DNA of 64,000 nucleotides, taken from Candidatus Omnitrophota bacterium. GTDB taxonomy: Bacteria > Omnitrophota > Gorgyraeia > Zapsychrales > Fredricksoniimonadaceae. The notes beneath the pieces were generated by a model. The model ran no database searches, was not told the origin of the DNA, and saw only the letters and a list, made by a program, of their open reading frames with translations. The stretch is taken from the NCBI GenBank assembly GCA_903860135.1, contig CAIOPG010000004.1, forward strand, positions 85,558 to 149,557, given 5' to 3'. Every line of letters begins with the position of its first letter. The first letter of the stretch is position 1. The translations under genes were made by a program, and so were the position numbers. Of the stretch, positions 49,459 through 58,348 are shown piece after piece.

Positions 49459-50624
49459 TCAAATAACGCTTTCATCCCGCCCATGACCTTATCAAAGGGA
49501 ATGACGGAAACCTTCTTATGAAGTTCGTAACGCTTCTCACCGGGATAAATGACCGCGATCCTTTCAAGCTTCAGGTCCTCCAGCGCAATGCGCATGGACG
49601 GCGTCATCGTTGGGGCATCCTGACGCTTGATCTCAACGCCATACATCTTCCCCCCCTTGAATAGAACCAGATCTATCTCTGCGCCCTGATGCGTCGCCCA
49701 ATAATACACCTCATCCGGCGCAACCGAGTGAATGACCTCTTCGATCACATATCCTTCCCATGAAGCACCATGTTTAGGATGCGCCAAGAGATCTTCCCTG
49801 GTCTTGATACCTAAAAGACCATGCAATATCCCCGTATCATAAAAATACACCTTCGGCGCTTTGACCTGACGCTTTTTAATATTTGCAAACCACGGCTGAA
49901 GCTGGCGCATCATGAAAACACCGCTCAAAACATCCAGATAACGCTTTACCGTGACCTCATTGATACCCAGCGAACGGGCAATCTCATTGGCGTTAAAGAT
50001 CTGACCATGATAATGCGCCAGCATGATCCAGTAACGTAAAATAGTCAACGGCGGAAGGGATACTCCGTAAAACGGAAGGTCCCGCGATACAAAACTTTCT
50101 ATATACTCCTTACGCCAAACAAAGCTCTCTTCATCTGTCCTGGCCAAAAAGGCTTTAGGCAGACCACCCCTTAACCAAAGCTTCTCGTACTTGACCATAC
50201 CAACTTCTTTTAACGAGAATCCGCCAATCCTAATGCGCTCAACACGCCCAGCCAAAGATTCCGAAATGTGCGTATTCAGTGTTGGTGCGGCGCTACCCAA
50301 GAGCAAAAACTTTGCCGGCAACGGCACGCGATCTGCAAGAACCCGTAGGATCGGAAAAAGATCCGCTTGCCTTTGAACTTCATCGATCACAACAATTCCC
50401 TTGAGATCAACAAGGGCGTTCTTTGGCTGCGCCAGCTTGGCACTATCAACAGGATCTTCCAGATCGAAATATGTCGACGATCCCGGCTGAGCAAAATTCC
50501 GTGCCAGTGTTGTCTTTCCTGATTGACGAGGGCCCAATAAAGATACGATCCTTCCCCGCTTGATCGCCTTGTGAATATCTTGTAGGATGTCTTTACGTTC
50601 TATCATAGGCAGGAAGTATACCAT
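49455..50624 (-). CDS. AAA+ ATPase with DUF4143 domain, second copy
   Basis: Walker A (LLGPRQSGKTTL) and Walker B (VVIDEVQ). Confidence 0.8.
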   Translation of the reverse strand: MVYFLPMIERKDILQDIHKAIKRGRIVSLLGPRQSGKTTLARNFAQPGSSTYFDLEDPVDSAKLAQPKNALVDLKGIVVIDEVQRQADLFPILRVLADRVPLPAKFLLLGSAAPTLNTHISESLAGRVERIRIGGFSLKEVGMVKYEKLWLRGGLPKAFLARTDEESFVWRKEYIESFVSRDLPFYGVSLPPLTILRYWIMLAHYHGQIFNANEIARSLGINEVTVKRYLDVLSGVFMMRQLQPWFANIKKRQVKAPKVYFYDTGILHGLLGIKTREDLLAHPKHGASWEGYVIEEVIHSVAPDEVYYWATHQGAEIDLVLFKGGKMYGVEIKRQDAPTMTPSMRIALEDLKLERIAVIYPGEKRYELHKKVSVIPFDKVMGGMKALFE

Positions 50625-50928
50625 GAATTAATCGTATTGCAATATGTAATTTCATGGTACTAAATTCGTAGAACGGCACTGATCCGACAATATGCCAAAG
50701 CAGGACTTTTGACGCAAAAGCTTACTTTCGAACTCGCCATAAATGACGCAACGAACATGTTTAGCGGGACCTCTGATTGACACCCTCCTCCGCGAGCGAA
50801 GCGAGTGTGGGGAGGGCATGGGAGGGGGCGTCAAGAAATAACAAAAAGTTTTTGCATGAAATGATTCTTCGTCGAATAATAAAATCCTGGTCGACGAAAT
50901 AATTCTTATAGATAAAACAAAAGAAGAA

Positions 50929-51784
50929 TTGATTCGTATTATTCTGGATCAAGCTGCGCGTATTCGGGAGTTGGAAGAAACTCTCCTTGAATGCCCCGAT
51001 TGTCACCATGCCCTTGGGCAACCCATAGACGTCGAAGAACAAATTCAGGAAGACATTGTCCCGGCGCACGTACGCGTAAGGAAATATCTTCGGCACAGGT
51101 ACCATTGCGACCATTGCGGGAAAGAACATGATGCGCCATATCATCCGGAACATGTGCCGTCGGGATTTCTTGGCGCGAACATTCTCATTCAAGCCATAAT
51201 CTTGAAATATCACCATTGCCTACCGTATCGTAAGATCTGTGAACTATTTCAGGAATTGGCGGGAATAACAGTGAGTCCCGGCGGGCTATCACAGGCTTTG
51301 GCACGGATAAGTCACTGGCTTGGTGTTGAACGGGCAGTGTTGCTGGAGGCGGCCCGCGGTAGTCCGCAATTGCACGTGGACGAAACTGGCTGGCGTCTGG
51401 ACGGGAAGAAAATCTGGGTGTGGGCTTTGGTTAACAAACGACTAGCGTATTATCACGTTGACCGCAGTCGAGCGCGAAAGGTTCTTAAAGGATTTACAAC
51501 GGCTATCGAAACGCTTCGTTCAATCATGGCAAGATATGTTCCGGTTCCTGAAAGATCCGTCACTGGACTGGAATAATAATCGTGCCGAAAGAATGATCAG
51601 GCCAAATGTTATTTACCGTAATCGTTCCTATGGGAATCGGTCTAACCGCGGGGCTGAGGCTCATGGCACGCTCAGGTCACTCATGCCGACATTGCGGCTT
51701 CAAGGTAAAAATGTGACTGAAAGTTTGCGGCTGGCCTTTTTACAACATCGCCAAGGTAATTCATCACCACAGCTCAGTTTTTAA
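50929..51784 (+). pseudogene. IS66-family transposase (TnpC), N-terminally truncated and frameshifted
   Basis: Two ORFs (50929-51576 and 51458-51784) together cover the IS66 zinc-finger region (CPDCHHALG...HCDHCG), the DDE core (HVDETGW) and the C-terminus. No tnpA/tnpB is present. Confidence 0.75.
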
Positions 51785-51839
51785 AATCCCCCCACCCCGT
51801 CCCGCCCCACCGGGGGGCAGGTATCATTTAGGAATACCC

Positions 51840-53935
51840 ATTATACCTACCCGGTCGAGTAGATATCTATTTCAATACCCCTCACAGAACCGTACGTGCA
51901 GATTTCCCGCATACGGCTCTTCAGCAAGTTGACTTACAAAGCTTATACGGAACATAAAACTGATGTACTATCCGCGGCTTCGGTAAGGAGAATTTCTCAA
52001 CGTACGCACACAAGTTATCCCCGTTCATCGACGCTCTTTGACTGCGCCTATTTAACCACTTGTGAACCATACGCTTAACCTTGTAGCTGTAAGCATTCAG
52101 GCGTCGACTGTTGTCGCTGACACCGTAATACGCATAGTGTCCTCTCATCTTCGCCGTTAGCTGCTTCCATAGGTCTTTGAGTGGTAGCGTGTTCCGCACC
52201 GTCGCCAGCCATCGATTCATTGCTACCATGCTTCGGCGGAATCTCTTACCACTCGTCTTACGCCCCACCTTAAATCCTCCCCGCTGACTTATACCTATGT
52301 AGTGGGTAATCCCGAGAAAATCAAACGTGTTGGCTTTCCGTCCGGTTCGTTTCGCGTTTTCCTTCTCGAACCGTCCAAAACTCACAACCTTTGTCTTATC
52401 GTCGTTGGTTGCAAGCCCATTATTGCTTAGCCTCTGCTTGATTCCTGCCAGCACCGTCTCCGCATCTTCCTTGTACTGAACCAATATTACAAAGTCGTCG
52501 CAGTAACGCACCATGTGGCATTGCCCTTTCATGCGTGGCTTCGCTTCTTCCTCCAGCCACTCATCGACCACATAGTGTAAAAACATGTTGGCTATCATCG
52601 GACTGATATTGCCGCCCTGCGGCGTTCCACGTTCGGTTTTCTTGAATGCCGACTGCTCCATGTATCCCGATTTCAGAAAGCGCACCGCATACCGCACAAA
52701 CTGTTCATCCCGTATCCTGATGCGTAACCACCCAATAAGTTTTGCATGCTCCACATTGTCAAAGAAGCCCTTAATGTCCGCTTCCATAACATGATTTATT
52801 GGCTTGGTCATGATCAGGTCGTTGATTTGTTTCAGTGCCTGGTGACAGCCTTTCCCCGCCCGGAACCCATACGAGTTATCGTGGAAGTCCTGTTCATATA
52901 TCGCTTCCATCACCCGGCTCATTGCCTTTTGTACTATCTTGTCCTCGACGGATGGTATCCCAATCGGCCTTTGCGTTCCGTTGTCTTTCGGAATATACAC
53001 CCGTCGAACAGGCTGTGGCCGGTAGCTCATTCTCCTTATCCGCTCAACCAGTCCTTTGATATTCTCGCCCAACCCATTCCCATATTCTTCCCAGCTTGTC
53101 CCGTCCACCCCAACAGCACATTCTTTCCTTAACTGCTGGTAACTGTCCTTGAGGAACGCCTCGTTAATCAGATGCATCAGATTATCGAAGGTCGCATTCT
53201 TGTCCCTCTTGGCTCGCTCTGCTACGAAGCCCAATTTCGTTTCCACGCTTTCTGTCATCCCTGCGAATAACTGCATGTTCCCTCGAGCCTCTTCATCCTG
53301 TTGTTAACCCCTTCGAGCGGCTTCTCCTGCCCCGCAGACCGTTACTCCGCGACTCTACTATAGGTTAATCCGACTCCCCGCACCCTCCCGCTCTCCTTCG
53401 CCTCTTTCGGCTCGTCGAGCGTTCACTTCTGTTCGCGGGGTCTCCCAAGTTCCGACGTAGACACCTTTCAACCCCTCTATGGTCTTCGACCCCGGCAGTC
53501 CGTCACGGGCTCACCGCATTCTTTCGCCCGTGCTGGTAATGGCTTCAGGAGTTTAGAATCCTTAGCCATCTGCTTTTGGTACATATCGAGGCTCAATCCC
53601 TTCGCTTACGCTATAGATGAGTATCTCCCTCCCTCCAGCTCCGTCCGATTCGTTACCTCCTCGGACGTGGAGTTCAGTTCTGACCTGGTGGTTAGCCTTT
53701 AGTCAGGTTGCTTCCTTTACAACTTGTCTACGCCAGCTTCGCTTGGCGCACCCAAACCTGTACTGAAACAGCGGGCAATCCTGCTTTGCACATTTCCGGA
53801 CTACGCGCGCCTTACCCTTGGCACACGCCAGGCACTGTGCGCGGATCGCTGCCACCGGCGTTAGTACTTTATCCATGTTCCCCTCCTTGATTTTGATCGA
53901 TATGGGCAACTAGAGTTAAGGATAACGCGCACTCG
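51840..53935 (-). mobile_element. Group II intron (boundaries approximate), En-less lineage
   Basis: Intron-encoded RT/maturase ORF. Domain V (GAGCCGTATGCGGGAAATCTGCACGTACGGTTC) lies at 51884-51917 on the minus strand. A candidate 5' GUGCG sits at 53933. A 5' alternative is 54036, just after two hairpins. Confidence 0.6.
51921..53276 (-). CDS. Group II intron reverse transcriptase/maturase (no endonuclease domain)
   Basis: RT motifs 0-7 including YCDDFVIL (the YADD box), plus X/maturase domain. 451 aa. Confidence 0.9.
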   Translation of the reverse strand: MQLFAGMTESVETKLGFVAERAKRDKNATFDNLMHLINEAFLKDSYQQLRKECAVGVDGTSWEEYGNGLGENIKGLVERIRRMSYRPQPVRRVYIPKDNGTQRPIGIPSVEDKIVQKAMSRVMEAIYEQDFHDNSYGFRAGKGCHQALKQINDLIMTKPINHVMEADIKGFFDNVEHAKLIGWLRIRIRDEQFVRYAVRFLKSGYMEQSAFKKTERGTPQGGNISPMIANMFLHYVVDEWLEEEAKPRMKGQCHMVRYCDDFVILVQYKEDAETVLAGIKQRLSNNGLATNDDKTKVVSFGRFEKENAKRTGRKANTFDFLGITHYIGISQRGGFKVGRKTSGKRFRRSMVAMNRWLATVRNTLPLKDLWKQLTAKMRGHYAYYGVSDNSRRLNAYSYKVKRMVHKWLNRRSQRASMNGDNLCAYVEKFSLPKPRIVHQFYVPYKLCKSTC

Positions 53936-54072
53936 GCCCTGTTGTCAGCGTCGAACTTGAGTTGGGGGTATTCGGGGGAAATGCGGAGGGACTTCGAGGA
54001 ACTACCGAAAGGTGTCAACGCGTGTGACACCTTTGATATCGTTCACGGGTGTTAACGCGTTTAACACCCGTC

Positions 54073-54456
54073 CTATCTTTCCCGCTCGGGAACAAGACCG
54101 ACTTCTGCGTCGTACATCATCTTCCTGAACTGGTACAGCTGTTCGCGCTCATTGCCGGAACGCACGATATCCAACAACCGATTGAGAGTGAAGAACTCCA
54201 CGATCTCCGGTTCATCCTTGTGGTTGCGCAGGTAGGCCTGGTGCCTTTCCCATTCCCTTTGTCTGATCGACTCCAGATGCGCTAGGTCCTGGGGACGGAT
54301 GCCGAAATGGAACCGCTGCACATCGCCAATGGTCACGGTGTAGTAGGAATACTCGAACCAGAAAGTGCGGGGTCTGACGCGGGAAAGCTTGCGGGCACGC
54401 CTGATGTACCGGCGCATTTCCGCGGCCGGAATACGGGGTGCCGGGGTTGCGGGCAA
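54073..54456 (-). CDS. Hypothetical protein (127 aa)
   Basis: ORF only, no motifs. Followed by two stem-loops at 53998-54059. Confidence 0.4.
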   Translation of the reverse strand: MPATPAPRIPAAEMRRYIRRARKLSRVRPRTFWFEYSYYTVTIGDVQRFHFGIRPQDLAHLESIRQREWERHQAYLRNHKDEPEIVEFFTLNRLLDIVRSGNEREQLYQFRKMMYDAEVGLVPERER

Positions 54457-54457
54457 A

Positions 54458-54527
54458 GAAAAACCCCCAGACGCTTGTGGTTCGGCTTGTCGCCGGTTCG
54501 TCTGGGGGTTACATATGGGGTGGGCTA
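54458..54527 (+). repeat. 70-bp direct repeat, copy 1: duplicate of the tRNA-His terminator plus the last 7 nt of tRNA-His (attL/attR-like)
   Basis: caaagaaaaacccccagacgcttgtggttcggcttgtcgccggttcgtctgggggttacatatggggtgg is identical to 55698-55767. Confidence 0.85.
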
Positions 54528-54556
54528 CAGGACGTATTCCGCAACCCGACCACTGC
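54520..54556 (+). repeat. 33-37-bp direct repeat, copy 2 (pairs with 47962-47998). Overlaps the end of the 70-bp repeat.
   Basis: Read directly from the sequence. Confidence 0.8.
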
Positions 54557-54630
54557 GTTCAAAGAGGAAATTTTAACCCATAGCACTTTCTTAAAGTCCT
54601 GCAATATCAATGAATGCACCATTTAATCCT

Positions 54631-55044
54631 TCACCCAAGCCGTTTACGCACAAACTCAGCCAGACGCTCCGCATCCTGAAGAATCTTATCCGCTTCAGAC
54701 TGGGTCACAAGCCGTTCTTCATATTCCGCCATGTTCTTCATTCTAAGAACCCTGCTGATACGATTAGCGTTCAAAGCCGTGTCATCATCGGCCTTGACCG
54801 ATCTAAACAACTTCACTGAATCATTATGGTCCTCACTGGCACTTCTCTTCCCAAGAAAGTACACACACATGGCATCCGCGAGCGAAATCACAGCATGGAT
54901 AGAATTAATAGCCGAAGCATTCCATTCTCTTCTCTCACAGGCTGCCCTTGCAGACGATAAACACTCATCTGCCCGTTGTAAGTAATTCGAATACTGTGCT
55001 TTGGGGACATCCCGCGTCTTAAACTTTAGACTCATAAAGAACAA
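54631..55044 (-). CDS. HEPN-domain protein (HepT-like toxin)
   Basis: About 135 aa, all-alpha, with an Rx4-6H motif (KRSASEDH). Overlaps the upstream MNT gene. Confidence 0.65.
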   Translation of the reverse strand: MFFMSLKFKTRDVPKAQYSNYLQRADECLSSARAACERREWNASAINSIHAVISLADAMCVYFLGKRSASEDHNDSVKLFRSVKADDDTALNANRISRVLRMKNMAEYEERLVTQSEADKILQDAERLAEFVRKRLG

Positions 55045-55618
55045 CTCCTTTCTCGGCTGCCTTCACAACAGGCAACAACGACTTCGCCTTCAATTCTTTT
55101 TGATCCAAGATATATGGCGCCAAACGATTACCGAACATATCCAGACAATCAGCGGACAAATTCTCCAGGAACGGCTCAATAGTATCTTTGGCTCTTTCCG
55201 TCTTCAGAACAATAAACAAATCAATATCACTGTCTACCCGCTCTTTGCCCTCAGAAACAGATCCAAAAAGCACCACACGAAGGACGCTTGGCTTTGATAA
55301 ATACTTAAGCACCAACCTCTTTAATGCCGATAAGGCGTCAGATTCCGCCTTAACAGAATCCCATATTGCCTTAACAACACCATACGCATAACTCTTTCGA
55401 TTAACGGCCCACACATGAGCCTTGCCTACCGTGTTAAAGGAAACCAGATTGATCTCTGCAAAATCCGACATGACCCGGTTAACACTCATATGAGAGATCT
55501 TGAGAATCGACGCGATCTCCCGCTCACTCATCGGAGCCTCATGAGTTATTAAAAAACCGGCAACTTTTAATCTTACCGGAGAAGCAATAATATCTATAAC
55601 TGGCGCGTTGAAACGCAT
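55019..55618 (-). CDS. Minimal nucleotidyltransferase (MntA-like antitoxin) with N-terminal wHTH
   Basis: GS...DxD nucleotidyltransferase motif (LFGSVSEG...DSDIDLFIV). Confidence 0.75.
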   Translation of the reverse strand: MRFNAPVIDIIASPVRLKVAGFLITHEAPMSEREIASILKISHMSVNRVMSDFAEINLVSFNTVGKAHVWAVNRKSYAYGVVKAIWDSVKAESDALSALKRLVLKYLSKPSVLRVVLFGSVSEGKERVDSDIDLFIVLKTERAKDTIEPFLENLSADCLDMFGNRLAPYILDQKELKAKSLLPVVKAAEKGVVLYESKV

Positions 55619-55702
55619 AAACCTCCTTATGTAACTAACTTGTTACAAGTGTAACACGAAAAACAACGCGGTCAAGAGGAATGTCTGTTGCAAGTGGACA
55701 AA

Positions 55703-55752
55703 GAAAAACCCCCAGACGCTTGTGGTTCGGCTTGTCGCCGGTTCGTCTGGGG
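55703..55752 (-). terminator. Rho-independent terminator of tRNA-His
   Basis: Minus strand: CCCCCAGACG, a 25-nt loop, CGTCTGGGGG, then TTTTT, immediately 3' of the tRNA. Confidence 0.6.
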
Positions 55753-55760
55753 GTTACATA

Positions 55761-55836
55761 TGGGGTGGCTGACGGGATTTGAACCCGCGACAACTTGAAC
55801 CACAATCAAGGGATCTACCACTGATCTACAGCCACC
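55761..55836 (-). tRNA. tRNA-His (anticodon GTG), with encoded G-1 and CCA
   Basis: Manual fold: acceptor GTGGCTG/CAGCCAC, extra 5' G-1 opposite discriminator C73. D-stem GATC. Anticodon stem CTTGA/TCAAG with loop TTGTGGT. T-arm GCGGG-TTCAAAT-CCCGT. CCA encoded. Confidence 0.9.
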
Positions 55837-55892
55837 ATAAAACTATTATCTTCAATCTTGCGATTGAGTAAACTTCGATCTTGTCCTGAACA

Positions 55893-56867
55893 TTACAGCG
55901 CAGCTTTTGAACCGGCCACAATATTACCCGATGTTGGCTCGGAATTCAAGCTTGTTGTGATATTGCCGGACAATCCCAGCGCACCAAGGTCAACGTTATC
56001 CATTTTAGTGGTGAACGCAAAGCCGGCCTTGATGTTCATTCCCGTCGAGGAAAGCAGTCCGAGCACCACATTCTCGAGGCGCTGCGCTTTCTTACCCTGC
56101 GGCGCGGAGTTACCGTTGCCGCCCACGTTGAATGTCCCGTCAACCTTCAGGGCATTATGCTGCGACACCAAAGTAACCTTGACACCCACCACACCGTCAT
56201 CATCAGCAACCTGTGCGGCAGCATTCATATCACGGTCAGCCCAGTTCAGCCAGCCCTCGGATTTCAGGGAATGCCCGCCGAAAGGCAGCTTGACCCGGGC
56301 GAGCGAGGCCGTCACAGAAAAATCCGTCCGGACCGGCACCTCCGTTAACGGGACATTGTGCGCCTGCACATTGATCGCCTCCACCCGGTACTCATGCCGG
56401 CCGCCGGACTTGCGGCTCATCAACACCTTTAACACGCCATTACGGATCACAAAATGCGTCAGGATAACCGCCTTGGGCGCAATGGACGCAGAAGGCTTCG
56501 TGGCGGCAACCGCTTTAGCCGGAGTGGCAGGCGGTGCTGAAGCCGCAGGAAGCGCGGCGGTACGGTCCAGCGTTATCACCGGCGCATCGAGCTCGACGGT
56601 GCTGATCCTTATGGCCGAACTCAACAATGACAGGACATCCACAGCGGCATGCACCCGTTTACATTCCAGCAACCCGTCGACCTTAAGCCCGTCGATCACG
56701 ATCCCCGCCGGAAATTCAACCCCGACGGCACGCGCCTCGACATGCCGGCTCGTCAGGGCACTGGCCTGCGCATTGAAAATAGAACGGGCATTGAACGTCA
56801 GATAAACAAACGTTAACCCGACGCCACCAACAATAAGTCCGGCAATGATCCCCGCAAAAACCTTCAT
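55893..56867 (-). CDS. Membrane-anchored beta-rich hypothetical protein (AsmA/DUF748-like?)
   Basis: N-terminal TM (MKVFAGIIAGLIVGGVGLTFVYLTF). The remainder is a Gly/Val-rich periplasmic domain. Confidence 0.5.
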   Translation of the reverse strand: MKVFAGIIAGLIVGGVGLTFVYLTFNARSIFNAQASALTSRHVEARAVGVEFPAGIVIDGLKVDGLLECKRVHAAVDVLSLLSSAIRISTVELDAPVITLDRTAALPAASAPPATPAKAVAATKPSASIAPKAVILTHFVIRNGVLKVLMSRKSGGRHEYRVEAINVQAHNVPLTEVPVRTDFSVTASLARVKLPFGGHSLKSEGWLNWADRDMNAAAQVADDDGVVGVKVTLVSQHNALKVDGTFNVGGNGNSAPQGKKAQRLENVVLGLLSSTGMNIKAGFAFTTKMDNVDLGALGLSGNITTSLNSEPTSGNIVAGSKAAL

Positions 56868-56901
56868 CCCCACACGCATCTGCACTCCTATCAAGAATAG
56901 C

Positions 56902-56973
56902 GTCCCTGGCCCGAATCGAACGGGCGACCCTCAGCTTAGAAGACTGGTGCTCTATTCAAAACTGCCAGGGACA
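56902..56973 (-). tRNA. Degenerate tRNA-Arg(TCT)-like sequence (possible pseudo-tRNA)
   Basis: Perfect acceptor (GTCCCTG/CAGGGAC), perfect T-arm (GCCCG-TTCGATT-CGGGC) and canonical anticodon loop CTTCTAA. The D-stem is not paired and the anticodon stem is 4/5. Confidence 0.4.
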
Positions 56974-57091
56974 AACTTCTAGTAAATCAATCTTTCTCAA
57001 GGACTTACAAGAACAACCATCTATATGCCCTTGAGCCTACTTGAGCTTGGTGCCCATATACTGTCCAAATGAACCCCAAAAAGAAAGAAAA

Positions 57092-57165
57092 CGTCCCCGG
57101 CGCGAGTCGAACGCACGACCTATAGCTTAGAAGGCTATTGCTCTATCCAGCTGAGCTACGGGGAC
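57092..57165 (-). tRNA. tRNA-Arg (anticodon TCT)
   Basis: Manual fold: acceptor GTCCCCG/CGGGGAC, U8A9, D-arm GCTC-AGCTGGATA-GAGC. Anticodon arm ATAGC-CTTCTAA-GCTAT. T-arm GTGCG-TTCGACT-CGCGC. Discriminator G. Confidence 0.9.
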
Positions 57166-57214
57166 ATAAAGAACGATAGGAAATTTGTTCAAATATACCA
57201 CAAAAAATAAAAAG

Positions 57215-57715
57215 TTAACTATTCTTAATGAATAACAAAACTATAATTGCAACAAACCCCATTACCATAGGGAAAAAATAGTATCTGTTTACTATCTCCT
57301 TCCCTTTCCCATGAGGAACCTTTTTCAATATCTCCGTTGTCAATCCAAGCCCTTTGACACTCTTATCCATGTTTTCAGTAAAACTTACTGCACCCGAAAG
57401 CAATCTCATATAATAGTTAGCATCTATATACCATTGAGCCGCCAAGAAGGCCATCCCTAAAAAGATAATGACAACACTAAAATGTATTTGCCAATTAACA
57501 ACAGGCAATAGGACTGTCGTATGAATTTCTCTAAAGGCAAATATTGCTGCACCAAATACAGCAAGCACAACAGAAATAACAGTTGTACGCATTCTAATTA
57601 ACAAATCATTAAAATGAATTTGAGTTTGAATAGCTGTTTTCCAAACCTCAACCTTAAGTTGTGTTAACTCTTCCCTAGGCAACTCTTTATTGTCATTAGA
57701 TTTTGATTCAATCAT
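57215..57715 (-). CDS. Small membrane protein (3-4 TM), translationally coupled to the MT-A70 methylase
   Basis: 8-bp overlap with the upstream MTase. Hydrophobic segments. Confidence 0.5.
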   Translation of the reverse strand: MIESKSNDNKELPREELTQLKVEVWKTAIQTQIHFNDLLIRMRTTVISVVLAVFGAAIFAFREIHTTVLLPVVNWQIHFSVVIIFLGMAFLAAQWYIDANYYMRLLSGAVSFTENMDKSVKGLGLTTEILKKVPHGKGKEIVNRYYFFPMVMGFVAIIVLLFIKNS

Positions 57716-58343
57716 GTTTAACCTTATGAATTGATTTCACACTGCTATTCTTATATGTGTTCCAAGCAATTTGATAATCATTAGCTTGATTTCCCCAAGA
57801 CACCCATCCTTTTCTATTCCCTCTAGCAAATAATTCTAAGTATGGGCCAGGACTACATTTTTCAATAATTTCATATTGTTCATCAGGCTTTCGTGAATGC
57901 TCTCTCTTCATTGACCTAATAATATTTACTTGTTTCCTCCCCGGAGCCAAAGTTCTCATTGAACCTCTAATGCCAAATAAAATAACTTCTGTAGTATTGC
58001 GAAAATAAAAACCTACTCCCCTTCCATCAGGCCCACCATCTTTTCGAACCTTATGCCAAATTAAATTACATTTGTATTTAAATCCCCAAGCCTTCATTAC
58101 CTCTAGCCCTTCAGGTAACAGAGCATTAGGAACCCATAAATACAAATGTGACGGCTTATCAGCTGATAGCTCAACGGGTATTTTACAAATCTCTTCTAAA
58201 GATAATGTGCCATAACGATTCAAGCGCTTATGCTCCGGCGCCATTTTCCCTGTTCGATTAAGAAATTGCCAAGGAGGATCAGCTAATATTGTTTTAAATT
58301 CTCGTCCTTTTATAAAATGAACGAAATCATCAGGTGCTGTCAT
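57708..58343 (-). CDS. MT-A70-family DNA methyltransferase (N6-adenine/N4-cytosine, DPPW motif)
   Basis: ILADPPWQF catalytic motif. About 210 aa. Confidence 0.8.
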   Translation of the reverse strand: MTAPDDFVHFIKGREFKTILADPPWQFLNRTGKMAPEHKRLNRYGTLSLEEICKIPVELSADKPSHLYLWVPNALLPEGLEVMKAWGFKYKCNLIWHKVRKDGGPDGRGVGFYFRNTTEVILFGIRGSMRTLAPGRKQVNIIRSMKREHSRKPDEQYEIIEKCSPGPYLELFARGNRKGWVSWGNQANDYQIAWNTYKNSSVKSIHKVKHD

Positions 58344-58348
58344 TTTTT

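Noticed and set aside
51789-51826. GC-rich palindrome ccccccaccccgtcccgccccaccgggggg as an IS66 terminal inverted repeat or a terminator used as the intron target
   Set aside because: It lies on the 3'-exon side of the intron, whereas IIC targets have the hairpin on the 5'-exon side. No matching left IS66 end is present in the window, so this cannot be substantiated.
53703-53909. 68-aa ORF with four cysteines (CLACAKG...CAKQDCPLF), a possible zinc-ribbon protein
   Set aside because: It lies entirely within the predicted domain I of the group II intron, upstream of the IEP. This is GC-rich structured RNA and is not expected to encode a protein.
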